From a bacterium (lineage in GTDB: Bacteria > Muiribacteriota > UBA6191), in contig JAYZAC010000062.1 of assembly GCA_036339875.1 (NCBI GenBank), forward strand, positions 1 through 14,268: a stretch of DNA of 14,268 bases, in the 5' to 3' direction. Each line of letters starts with the position of its first letter. Positions within the stretch are counted from its first letter, which is position 1. The translations under genes were made by a program, and so were the position numbers. The notes beneath the pieces were generated by a model. That model worked only from the letters and a program-made list of their open reading frames with translations. It ran no database searches and was not told where the DNA came from. Of this stretch, positions 1-7,445 are shown piece by piece.

Positions 1-3000
1 GATGAAAATGTTGTATGCCCAGCCGCATCAAGAATACCTACCATAGCATTTCTTAAGGCTAGAAGATCTATTTGAATACCATCTGTAGTCGGTATAAATA
101 GCGTATCAAAATCTGCAATTGTAGCTACTGTTACTTGTGCAGTTGTTCCATTTTCTCTTGTACCGTTGAAAGCAAAGCTAACCGCAGTTGTTACATCCCA
201 ACCACCATTTGATACTGTAAAAGCTGCATCATTTATGGCCAATGAAGCCTGTCGATTCACAGCACCAGTTTGGTTCAAAGCCACTTCAATATCAAAGGAA
301 GTTCCATTCACATCTGAAATGGACGGAGTCTCTGTATAGATATTAAAGTAAAGAGTATCCCCATTAATAGTGTCTAAATCCAGTCCTGTTACATAGCTTG
401 CATCTATTGTAGCCGTGCCGTTACCAACACTTGTTGCAAGCGTGGTCTGTCCAATAGAGGGTGTACTAGAGGCTGCAATAGTAGTTCCACCTATTAAGGA
501 ACCCATTAAAGCAACGTTAGTCACTTCAATATCACGGGTTTGGTTAACATTAACCTCGAATACAGAATTTGCAGTCAAATTACTTGAGTTAGAAACACTT
601 ACTCCAACTATGTTTGAACCTGCGTTTAGAGTTGTAGTTAAAGCTGATCCGTCAGTATTAGTATCTAATAGAGTTATTTCGGATGACAAGCTATAAGTCA
701 AAACAGCATTAGTGTCAGTATCAGAAGCTTCTACCGCTACTGTAATTGGTAGATTAGCTGCTGAAGTAGTCAGATTTATAGAATCACCAGTCACGACACT
801 AACACCATTCACTTGTATAGAAGTGATCGTTGGTGCTCCTGCTGGGCTAACTGTAAACGCATAGTCATCAGTTGCTGTACCAAGTGCCGCTTCTACAAGA
901 TAAATTCCTTCTGCAATATTCGTAACAGATGTTGATACAGTCGTAGATGCTTGTCCTTCAACCACGGCCACAGTTGTAGTACCAACTACGGTTTGAGTGT
1001 TCTGTTCAGTCACGGTCAATACCAAATTACCAGTTGTTACAGTGTCATGAAAAGCTGTGGCACTTAATGTGACGGTTCCACCCACTGTTGCTGTGATTGA
1101 CTTGTCAACTACAACACTAGTTGGAAGAGCACCGATAACTTCGACAGCGATAACCTCATTGACACTTGTACTACCAGAAGTAGCAACCGCTTTAGCACAG
1201 TAGTTTCCTGCTGCTACAGCTGTTGTTGCGGAGACCGTCAATTGAGAATCTGCATAAGCATAGTCCAATCCAGTCACAGCAGTCGCGCAACCAGACCCTG
1301 AACCAATAGTGATTGTAGGCGTTAATGCACTACCGTTAGCCGCTAAAGCAACTAAAGTTAGTGGAGTAGAGTTTCCTTGTATTACTGCTAATTCGTTTGA
1401 ATCTACTAATATAACTGGTGGCTGCTCTGCAGCTACGACCAACGTTAGTTCAGCAGTAGACCCTTCCACTGGATTCCCATTAAAATATTGAGTAACAGCC
1501 AAGGTAACATTGCCTACAGTTGTAGGAGTAACCAGAAGACTATCTCCAACAGTTACGGCAGTCGCACCACTAACTGCTGACCAAACATATGTGTAAACAC
1601 CTGCTTGCGTTTCAAGCTTATCAAGAGTGTAAATAAGTTTTAATGTACTTGAAACCTTTGCCGACTTTGGCCCTAAAATTGCAACTGAATCCGATACGGT
1701 AACACTTGAGTTGTCCTCAACTGCTTGAGCGATTTTACTTTTACTACCAGCACCAGCTTTCTTAATAGCTTTGCCCACATCCACGCCGCTGTTCAAACCG
1801 CGATTTACAATCTTATTAATAGCATTTCCGTTAGAAGCACCTGCTTCTAATGTCTTGCCAAGTAATTTTTCTCTATCAGAAGCTGTATTAAGAGCTATTT
1901 GTAATGCAGCCTCCGCTTTCTGGGCTCCTGGACTACCTTGATCGGCTCCAGCTAGACCCGCACCAATTAGAGTAGCGACCGCGTCCAGATCTGATCCAGA
2001 GTTCAAATCCGTTGCTTGACCATCTACTACAACATCCAAGGCTGCAAGAGCTACACTCTCTGCCGCAGCCGTAACGTCAAGGGCTAATGCCGCATTGACC
2101 GCACCACTCATCGCGGTCTTAACTGCATCGCTAGCATTACCAGAAGCTGCCAATTGAAGCGCTGCTCCGATTGCCTCAGCTGATGCTGCTGCTTTTACTG
2201 CAGTTGCCGGGGTTGCTGAAAGTACATTCTGTGCAAAAGTCGCAGCCTCGGCTGTCTTGGTTGCCTGAGAAAGAGCTACTACTGATTTTGCAAGACTCTT
2301 AGCTTGATTTACTATGGTAGCTGCAGCAGTCACAAGTGCACCATTAGCCGTTCGCCCGGTGCTTACGAAATTGTCTACATCTGATGCAGTAAGAGCAGCA
2401 GCCTGAGACACCAAACTACTTACAAGAGAACCAGCAACTGAAGCTGCTGCTTTTGTGTCCGCAGCGATATCATCAATTGCAATTCTAGTAGCTGTTGCAT
2501 CAGTACTTACTGCAGCGTTAAGAGCAAGCTTAGCGCCTGCTGATAGCTCTTGGCATGTTTTCACTGGAGCACCAATTGCATTTGACAATTCGGACTCAAG
2601 TAAAGACGCTAGAACCGTAGATGTACCATCGGCATCCTCTGTTCTTGTTTGACCATTTTCATCCAGTACAGGACCATTGGTCGCTAAATCGGCTGCACTA
2701 AGCTTGAATATAGTACGATATTCTGTTGTGCCGTCACCAAGGCAGGCTACCAAAACACCACTCGCTTCTGCAGCGGCTTTCTTAGTACCGTTTAGTGCAA
2801 TAACCGGATTTGAAGCAAAAGAAGTAACCGTCTGAGTGTCAAGAAGATCTCCATCTATTGAGTAAATGTTTAATGTACCTGAAGGCAATGCGGTAAGAGT
2901 TCTGGACACATTACCCACTGTCCCAAGTGATGGTATGGTGTTTCCATTACCAACTTGTAGCGTGGCATTACCTACTAATGTCCCGCTTCCACCGCCACAA

Positions 3001-3080
3001 CCCATGGCGGCAAGGCCCAAGAGACTGATCCCCAGAACCGCATATCGCTTAAATTTAATTGCGAAATTGTTAGTGTTCAT
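1..3080 (-). CDS. Large surface lipoprotein, S-layer/adhesin-like, with tandem Ig-like domains; partial (3' end beyond the left edge), over 1026 aa
   Basis: Translated by hand: open frame without a stop from ATG at 3080 to the window edge. GGAGG at 3091-3095. N-terminus MNTNNFAIKFKRYAVLGISLLGLAAMG-C28-GGGSG is a signal peptide II with lipobox and Gly linker. About aa 155-455 is Ala-rich and helical (e.g. TAVKAAASAEAIGAALQLAA). From about aa 460 it is Thr/Val/Ser-rich beta sequence with Ig/PKD-like motifs (ILGPKSAKV...YTYVWSAVSG, EQPPVI, GAPTITSIQVNG). The coding call is secure; the function is inferred. Confidence 0.9.
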   Translation of the reverse strand, partial: MNTNNFAIKFKRYAVLGISLLGLAAMGCGGGSGTLVGNATLQVGNGNTIPSLGTVGNVSRTLTALPSGTLNIYSIDGDLLDTQTVTSFASNPVIALNGTKKAAAEASGVLVACLGDGTTEYRTIFKLSAADLATNGPVLDENGQTRTEDADGTSTVLASLLESELSNAIGAPVKTCQELSAGAKLALNAAVSTDATATRIAIDDIAADTKAAASVAGSLVSSLVSQAAALTASDVDNFVSTGRTANGALVTAAATIVNQAKSLAKSVVALSQATKTAEAATFAQNVLSATPATAVKAAASAEAIGAALQLAASGNASDAVKTAMSGAVNAALALDVTAAAESVALAALDVVVDGQATDLNSGSDLDAVATLIGAGLAGADQGSPGAQKAEAALQIALNTASDREKLLGKTLEAGASNGNAINKIVNRGLNSGVDVGKAIKKAGAGSKSKIAQAVEDNSSVTVSDSVAILGPKSAKVSSTLKLIYTLDKLETQAGVYTYVWSAVSGATAVTVGDSLLVTPTTVGNVTLAVTQYFNGNPVEGSTAELTLVVAAEQPPVILVDSNELAVIQGNSTPLTLVALAANGSALTPTITIGSGSGCATAVTGLDYAYADSQLTVSATTAVAAGNYCAKAVATSGSTSVNEVIAVEVIGALPTSVVVDKSITATVGGTVTLSATAFHDTVTTGNLVLTVTEQNTQTVVGTTTVAVVEGQASTTVSTSVTNIAEGIYLVEAALGTATDDYAFTVSPAGAPTITSIQVNGVSVVTGDSINLTTSAANLPITVAVEASDTDTNAVLTYSLSSEITLLDTNTDGSALTTTLNAGSNIVGVSVSNSSNLTANSVFEVNVNQTRDIEVTNVALMGSLIGGTTIAASSTPSIGQTTLATSVGNGTATIDASYVTGLDLDTINGDTLYFNIYTETPSISDVNGTSFDIEVALNQTGAVNRQASLAINDAAFTVSNGGWDVTTAVSFAFNGTRENGTTAQVTVATIADFDTLFIPTTDGIQIDLLALRNAMVGILDAAGHTTFS

Positions 3081-3165
3081 TTTTCTAATTCCTCCATAAG
3101 TTGTGTTGCTCTCAAAGGCACAATACACAAATCTTTATGCGCCTTATCAAATAGAAAACGGCCGT

Positions 3166-3218
3166 ATTATACTCACACAATTCTGAGAGTTGAAGCTTTT
3201 TTTTAACTCTTTTTTTTT
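3166..3218 (-). promoter_or_regulatory. Putative sigma70 promoter of the large lipoprotein gene, with upstream A-tracts
   Basis: TATAAT on the - strand at 3166-3171. Weak -35 (TTCAAC, 3189-3194) at 17-nt spacing. A8 (3197-3204) and A9 (3210-3218) tracts lie at UP-element position. Confidence 0.5.
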
Positions 3219-3243
3219 GGGATGTGTTAAAGCCATACAAAAT

Positions 3244-3300
3244 GTAGTTTCTAGCAAATTGAGGGAGTATGCAAAGGCCCTAAAAACCCTCCAAAGCTAC
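3244..3300 (-). terminator. Possible terminator or stem-loop downstream of the mtnA operon
   Basis: Nested inverted repeats GAGGG (3261-3265)/CCCTC (3287-3291) and GTAGTTT (3244-3250)/AAAGCTAC (3293-3300) just after the stop at 3306. Only a weak U tract (ATTTTGT) follows on the - strand. Confidence 0.3.
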
Positions 3301-3305
3301 TAATC

Positions 3306-3851
3306 TTAAGGACTATCTTCAAGGCTAAAAGTTTTTATACGATCTCTCAAGAATGTATTAAGTTCGTCACTTGCCATAATAGAAGAATGAAAAAGAAATA
3401 TCTCTGAATTATCGACGAGTTCAACTCCATAAACGAAAGTCCCCATCAAAAGAACCTTTTTACTTTTGATCTCTTTGAGGTCACTAAAACCTAAGTTAAT
3501 TACTCGGCCATCCAAATAAACCAGCAGAATCCCTTCTTTATGCAGGAAAACTCTACAAAATAAGTTTCGTAACCACAGAAAAGTGTAGACACTCACGACT
3601 AAAAATAAACTCGAAATCAATAAAGACCAGTGACCGAGGAAAGGACCGTAAATTAAGCCATAGAATCCTACCGCCAAAAAGATAAAATGTAGAAGCGCCA
3701 AGAAACCAACCAATAGTGGAGAATATCCATAACAAAGATTATTCCCAATACGAGGTACCGGTCCCCTCTTGAGCAGAAGGGTCTGCATACCGAGATAGTA
3801 TGTAGCATAGAAGCTCAACGCTAGAAAAAAACTATAGTGAATCGCGTACAC
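3306..3851 (-). CDS. Hypothetical integral membrane protein, about 3 TM helices plus a C-terminal soluble (bacterial PH-like) domain
   Basis: 181-aa ORF with GTG start about 20 nt after the mtnA stop. Three hydrophobic segments, then VFLHKEGILLVYLDGRVINLGFSDLKEI, a pattern typical of bPH-like domains. Start codon uncertain. Confidence 0.7.
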   Translation of the reverse strand: MYAIHYSFFLALSFYATYYLGMQTLLLKRGPVPRIGNNLCYGYSPLLVGFLALLHFIFLAVGFYGLIYGPFLGHWSLLISSLFLVVSVYTFLWLRNLFCRVFLHKEGILLVYLDGRVINLGFSDLKEIKSKKVLLMGTFVYGVELVDNSEIFLFHSSIMASDELNTFLRDRIKTFSLEDSP

Positions 3852-3872
3852 AAGTTGGCCTTAAAATTAATA

Positions 3873-4904
3873 TTATTTTAGACTTTCAAGACTTTTAGTA
3901 TACGGAAATCTATGAATACCTTGTTCCGTGATTATGGCAGAGACCAAATTTGCCGGTGTCACGTCAAAACCAGGGTTAAAAATCTTTTGCTGATTTATTG
4001 CGATTGAACGACCATTGAATTCTCCCAATTCGGTTCTCCTTCGCTCCTCAATTGGAATTTGTGATCCATTTTCTAAACTAAAATCTAACGTACTAGATGG
4101 AGCCGCAACATAAAATGGAATTCCATGAAAATGACACATAACAGCCAAGGCATAGGTACCAATTTTATTGGCTACATCACCATTGGAAACAATACGGTCT
4201 GAACCTACCACCACAAAATCAATTTCTTTACGAGCCATAATACTGGCCGCCATATTGTCACAAATAAGGGTGTAGTTTAGACCAGCACGATCTAATTCAA
4301 AAGCCGTCAATCTTGCACCCTGTAAAAAAGGTCGAGTCTCATCCACCCAAACATGCTCTAATAGATCAGCTTCCCAAGCTGAATAAAGCACGCCAGTTGC
4401 TGTACCATAACCACCTGTTGCCAGACTTCCTGCATTACAATGGGTTAAAGCCCTAGAACCTTTTTCAATTAAATTTAAAGCATGCGCCCCAATTTTACGA
4501 TTCATCTGGCGATCTTCTTCATGAATCAATTTAGCCTCATCAAGTAAATATTGGTAAAACATCCCGTCAGACTTTAAGTAAGCCGTTACCTTTGACTCCA
4601 TCCTATCAATCGCCCAGGCTAGATTTACTGCTGTTGGACGAGTATTGAGAAGGGTATCGCGTACATATTTTAGTCGAGCATCGCTCGGATCTTCAGATTT
4701 AAAAGCCAGTGCATAACTGTAAGCTGCAGTCACACCAATGGCGGGAGCACCTCTAACAACCATATCTCTTATGGCATCAGCGCCTTTTTCCACAGTATTG
4801 ATTGGTACCCAGTTCACATCTGAAGGCAGTTTAAGCTGATCAATTAATTGAAGTTGATCAGATTCAAATCGAATAGGCTCGACAATTTGCTTTAGACTCG
4901 GCAT
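3873..4904 (-). CDS. mtnA: S-methyl-5-thioribose-1-phosphate isomerase
   Basis: Family motifs: IDQLKLP, MVVRGAPAIG, RPTAVNL, LTHCNAGSLATGGYGTA (catalytic Cys), DETRP, GSDRI (catalytic Asp), NKIGTY, IPIEER, NPGFDVTP. GAGG SD at 4914-4917; starts 1 nt after the upstream stop. Confidence 0.96.
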   Translation of the reverse strand: MPSLKQIVEPIRFESDQLQLIDQLKLPSDVNWVPINTVEKGADAIRDMVVRGAPAIGVTAAYSYALAFKSEDPSDARLKYVRDTLLNTRPTAVNLAWAIDRMESKVTAYLKSDGMFYQYLLDEAKLIHEEDRQMNRKIGAHALNLIEKGSRALTHCNAGSLATGGYGTATGVLYSAWEADLLEHVWVDETRPFLQGARLTAFELDRAGLNYTLICDNMAASIMARKEIDFVVVGSDRIVSNGDVANKIGTYALAVMCHFHGIPFYVAAPSSTLDFSLENGSQIPIEERRRTELGEFNGRSIAINQQKIFNPGFDVTPANLVSAIITEQGIHRFPYTKSLESLK

Positions 4905-4905
4905 A

Positions 4906-5730
4906 TTACATTGCCTCTAATAAACCCGTAACCAATTTAGTCAACTTTGGTTCAGCCGCAGAGGCGACTGCAATAATGTCTTCGAATTCAGCTACTTCAA
5001 GATTGTCGGGTAAGCACATATCAGTAACCACACTCACAGCAAAAACAGGCAGTGACATATGCCTGGCCACAATAACCTCAGGCACTGTGGACATTCCCAC
5101 AACATCAGCACCCATTTGACGAAGCATTCGATATTCTGCTCGAGTCTCAAGATTGGGACCTGCAACTGACACATAAACCCCTTCCTGAAAAGGAATCTGA
5201 TTCTTTATAGCCACTGTTCTCCCAAGATCTAATAATTCGTTATTGTAGGGCTCACTCATATCAGGAAATCTTGGCCCCCAACTTTCTTCATTTGGGCCAA
5301 TCAAAGGGTTAAAACCAAGTAGATTAATGTGATCTCGAATCAGCATAAGATCACCTGCCTCAAAATTAGGGTTCAGTCCTCCGCAAGCATTACTGACGAT
5401 CAGTGTTTTGATACCAAGTTCTTTCATGACTCTCACACCAAAGGTTATTTGATGTCCGTCATATCCTTCATAAAAATGAAAACGACCCTGCATTGCCACT
5501 ACAGACTTACCCCCAAGCTGACCCAAGATTAGTCGCCCAGAGTGTGTTTCTACGGTACTTAGAGGAAAATTTGATATAGATTCGTACTCTACTTTTTTAG
5601 AATTCTGTATCGCATTACCAAGATGCGAAAGCCCAGAACCTAATATAATTCCAATCTCAGGCTCAAAATTATTAGTCGCCACGCGAACATCATTCACCGC
5701 AGCTAGTACATCTTTACGCTTATCACTCAT
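4906..5730 (-). CDS. punA: Purine nucleoside phosphorylase family I (trimeric PNP/XapA-like scaffold); predicted 6-aminopurine / MTA-type specificity
   Basis: Motifs [67 protein letters not shown]. Start moved to ATG 5730 (MSDKRK, 274 aa) because the track's TTG start at 5742 overlaps the GGAGG SD at 5736-5740. Confidence 0.92.
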   Translation of the reverse strand: MSDKRKDVLAAVNDVRVATNNFEPEIGIILGSGLSHLGNAIQNSKKVEYESISNFPLSTVETHSGRLILGQLGGKSVVAMQGRFHFYEGYDGHQITFGVRVMKELGIKTLIVSNACGGLNPNFEAGDLMLIRDHINLLGFNPLIGPNEESWGPRFPDMSEPYNNELLDLGRTVAIKNQIPFQEGVYVSVAGPNLETRAEYRMLRQMGADVVGMSTVPEVIVARHMSLPVFAVSVVTDMCLPDNLEVAEFEDIIAVASAAEPKLTKLVTGLLEAM

Positions 5731-5754
5731 ACTATCCTCCAAATACCCTGCGGG

Positions 5755-5763
5755 ATTATATCA
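5755..5763 (-). promoter_or_regulatory. Extended -10 promoter (TGnTATAAT) for the phosphorylase-mtnA operon
   Basis: The - strand reads TGATATAAT at 5763-5755, about 15 nt upstream of the GGAGG SD. Confidence 0.65.
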
Positions 5764-5777
5764 GTACACTAATACTG

Positions 5778-5814
5778 TTGACATCTTTTACAGATTCATA
5801 GAATTTAGTAAACT
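5778..5814 (+). promoter_or_regulatory. Putative promoter for the Gld-like ABC operon
   Basis: TTGACA (5778-5783) with TAGAAT (5799-5804) at a short 15-nt spacer, or TTTACA (5787-5792) with TAAACT (5809-5814) at 16 nt. Confidence 0.4.
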
Positions 5815-5833
5815 CCCCAATAATCTTATACCT

Positions 5834-6733
5834 ATGGAATTAAATCTAAGTCAGATAAATTTTGCATATGGACAGCAAAAGGTTTTACACGATGTGAACT
5901 TTAGTCTTCACGAGGGTGAAATTAGTCTGCTGCTGGGACCAAATGGTGCGGGTAAAAGCACCCTGAATCTTATCCTTGCCGGTATTTTATATCCTGATGA
6001 GGGTCAAATACGATTCTCTAACAAATTATTAAACACTGCCCAAAAACTGCCTTATACAGTGGGATTTTTAGGAGACCGAGAGCTTATACCAGCTGATCAA
6101 ACAGTTTTAAATGTTCTTAAATTAATTGCTAAACTGAAAGGTATTCAAAATATTCAGGAAGCTGTTGACGCGGCAATGATAGAGTTAGAACTTACCACCG
6201 TAGCTAATCGTCAATTCGGAAAGTTATCCTTAGGCTTCCGTCAAAGGGTAACTTTGGCACAAGCCTTGATAGGTGATCCACAAGTACTTCTTCTTGACGA
6301 ACCCGGCAACGGGCTCGACCCCAGACAATTCAAAGAACTAGAAGAAAGCCTACTAAAGCTCAAAAATAACAGAATCATTTTAGTGAGTACTCACCGGATA
6401 CGTGAAGCCCAAAGTCTGGCAGATAGAGTAATTCTCCTGAATGATGGCAAAATTGTGGCCCATGGTAGCGTACAAGACCTTTTGAAAAATCCCAGTGAGG
6501 CTTTATGGGAAGTAAATCTGGATTTACAATCTCTATCTAAAGAAGACATAAAAAACTTAAATCTAAAAAACCTCATGCTTGTTGATCCGAAACAAACTCA
6601 GCAACGCAGAGCTTTACTTGATTTAATCCAGCAAAATCCTGATATTCTAAAGTCAATAAACTCCCAAGAAAAAAACTTAGAACAACTTTTTATTGAATCT
6701 ACCTCATTAAAAGAGGATTCTGATGCGAGCTAA
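5834..6733 (+). CDS. ABC transporter ATP-binding protein, GldA-like (ABC-2 type)
   Basis: Walker A GPNGAGKST, signature LSLGFRQRV (GldA-type LSxGxRQR), Walker B/D-loop LLLDEPGNGLDP, H-loop STH, C-terminal NLEQLF. Confidence 0.92.
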   Translation: MELNLSQINFAYGQQKVLHDVNFSLHEGEISLLLGPNGAGKSTLNLILAGILYPDEGQIRFSNKLLNTAQKLPYTVGFLGDRELIPADQTVLNVLKLIAKLKGIQNIQEAVDAAMIELELTTVANRQFGKLSLGFRQRVTLAQALIGDPQVLLLDEPGNGLDPRQFKELEESLLKLKNNRIILVSTHRIREAQSLADRVILLNDGKIVAHGSVQDLLKNPSEALWEVNLDLQSLSKEDIKNLNLKNLMLVDPKQTQQRRALLDLIQQNPDILKSINSQEKNLEQLFIESTSLKEDSDAS

Positions 6734-7445
6734 AACCTTAGATCAATTTTTATATTTGCTTGGATATCGTATAAAAAGTATTTTTTTAAGTCCTTTTCAT
6801 TGGTGTGTAGTCGGAGTCTACTGGTTATTACTGAGCTATATCTTCGCATTATTGATTGAACAAACGGGTCGAGCATACTTGGGGGCTCCAATTTGGTGGT
6901 GTGCTCTGCTTTCCATGATGGGTAGCCCAATATTATGTATGAATTTATTTTCAAAGAATAACCGAGCTGACTTCACGCTCTTATTACAAACTATTCAAGT
7001 TCCAGCATCTTGCATAATTCTAAGTCACTATCTACCTCTATTACTGCTATTTTTGATAATTGATAGCTGTTTATTAACTCAATGGATTTTTCTACAATAT
7101 TACGGAAATCCTGATATAGGATTACATGCATCTGCCTTTGTAGGTCTTTTTGGACTTCAGGCTGCCTATTTATCACTAGGTGTTCTTTGCGCTGCAATGA
7201 CCCGTAGTAATTTATCAAGCCTATTCAGTCATTTTGGACTTTTAGTTACAAGCTGGCTCTTATACTATGCCAATCATTTATTTCAGGATAATTTAGCTTG
7301 GGTATCTAATATTCTTAGAGAATTTTCGCTTTATAAGCATTTCTATGCCTTTTTACAAGGCGCTTTTTTTGAACATGACGCACTTGCTTTAGGTGTATGT
7401 ATCATTCTACCACTCTATTTTGCGAGTCTAGCCCTTAAAAAATAA
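6723..7445 (+). CDS. ABC-2 type permease, GldF-like
   Basis: 240 aa, about 6 hydrophobic segments. FLSP near the N-terminus, PILCMNLFS...LLLQTIQV, YGNPDIG and SLYKHFYAFLQG resemble GldF-type permeases. Overlaps the ATPase gene by 11 nt; AGAGGA SD upstream. Confidence 0.85.
   Translation: MRAKTLDQFLYLLGYRIKSIFLSPFHWCVVGVYWLLLSYIFALLIEQTGRAYLGAPIWWCALLSMMGSPILCMNLFSKNNRADFTLLLQTIQVPASCIILSHYLPLLLLFLIIDSCLLTQWIFLQYYGNPDIGLHASAFVGLFGLQAAYLSLGVLCAAMTRSNLSSLFSHFGLLVTSWLLYYANHLFQDNLAWVSNILREFSLYKHFYAFLQGAFFEHDALALGVCIILPLYFASLALKK

Noticed and set aside
1..3000. About 17 N-X-S/T sequons in the lipoprotein, suggesting N-glycosylation
   Set aside because: Roughly what the very high Asn/Ser/Thr content would give, and no glycosylation genes are in the window.
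415..3099. + strand ORFs 415..696, 1309..1491, 2455..2652 and 2866..3099
   Set aside because: Antisense shadows of the long - strand lipoprotein gene, with no recognisable motifs.
3252..3300. GCAAA...GCAAA...CCTAA spacing reminiscent of a c-di-GMP-I (GEMM) riboswitch
   Set aside because: It lacks the P2 stem with GNRA loop and the receptor, and is on the + strand with no downstream + strand gene.
5731..5742. ORF-track TTG start (MEDS extension) of the phosphorylase
   Set aside because: The extension contains the GGAGG SD positioned 5 nt before ATG 5730, which is the better start.
5773..5793. CTGT...ACAG resembling a LexA SOS box
   Set aside because: The spacer is 11 nt rather than 8.
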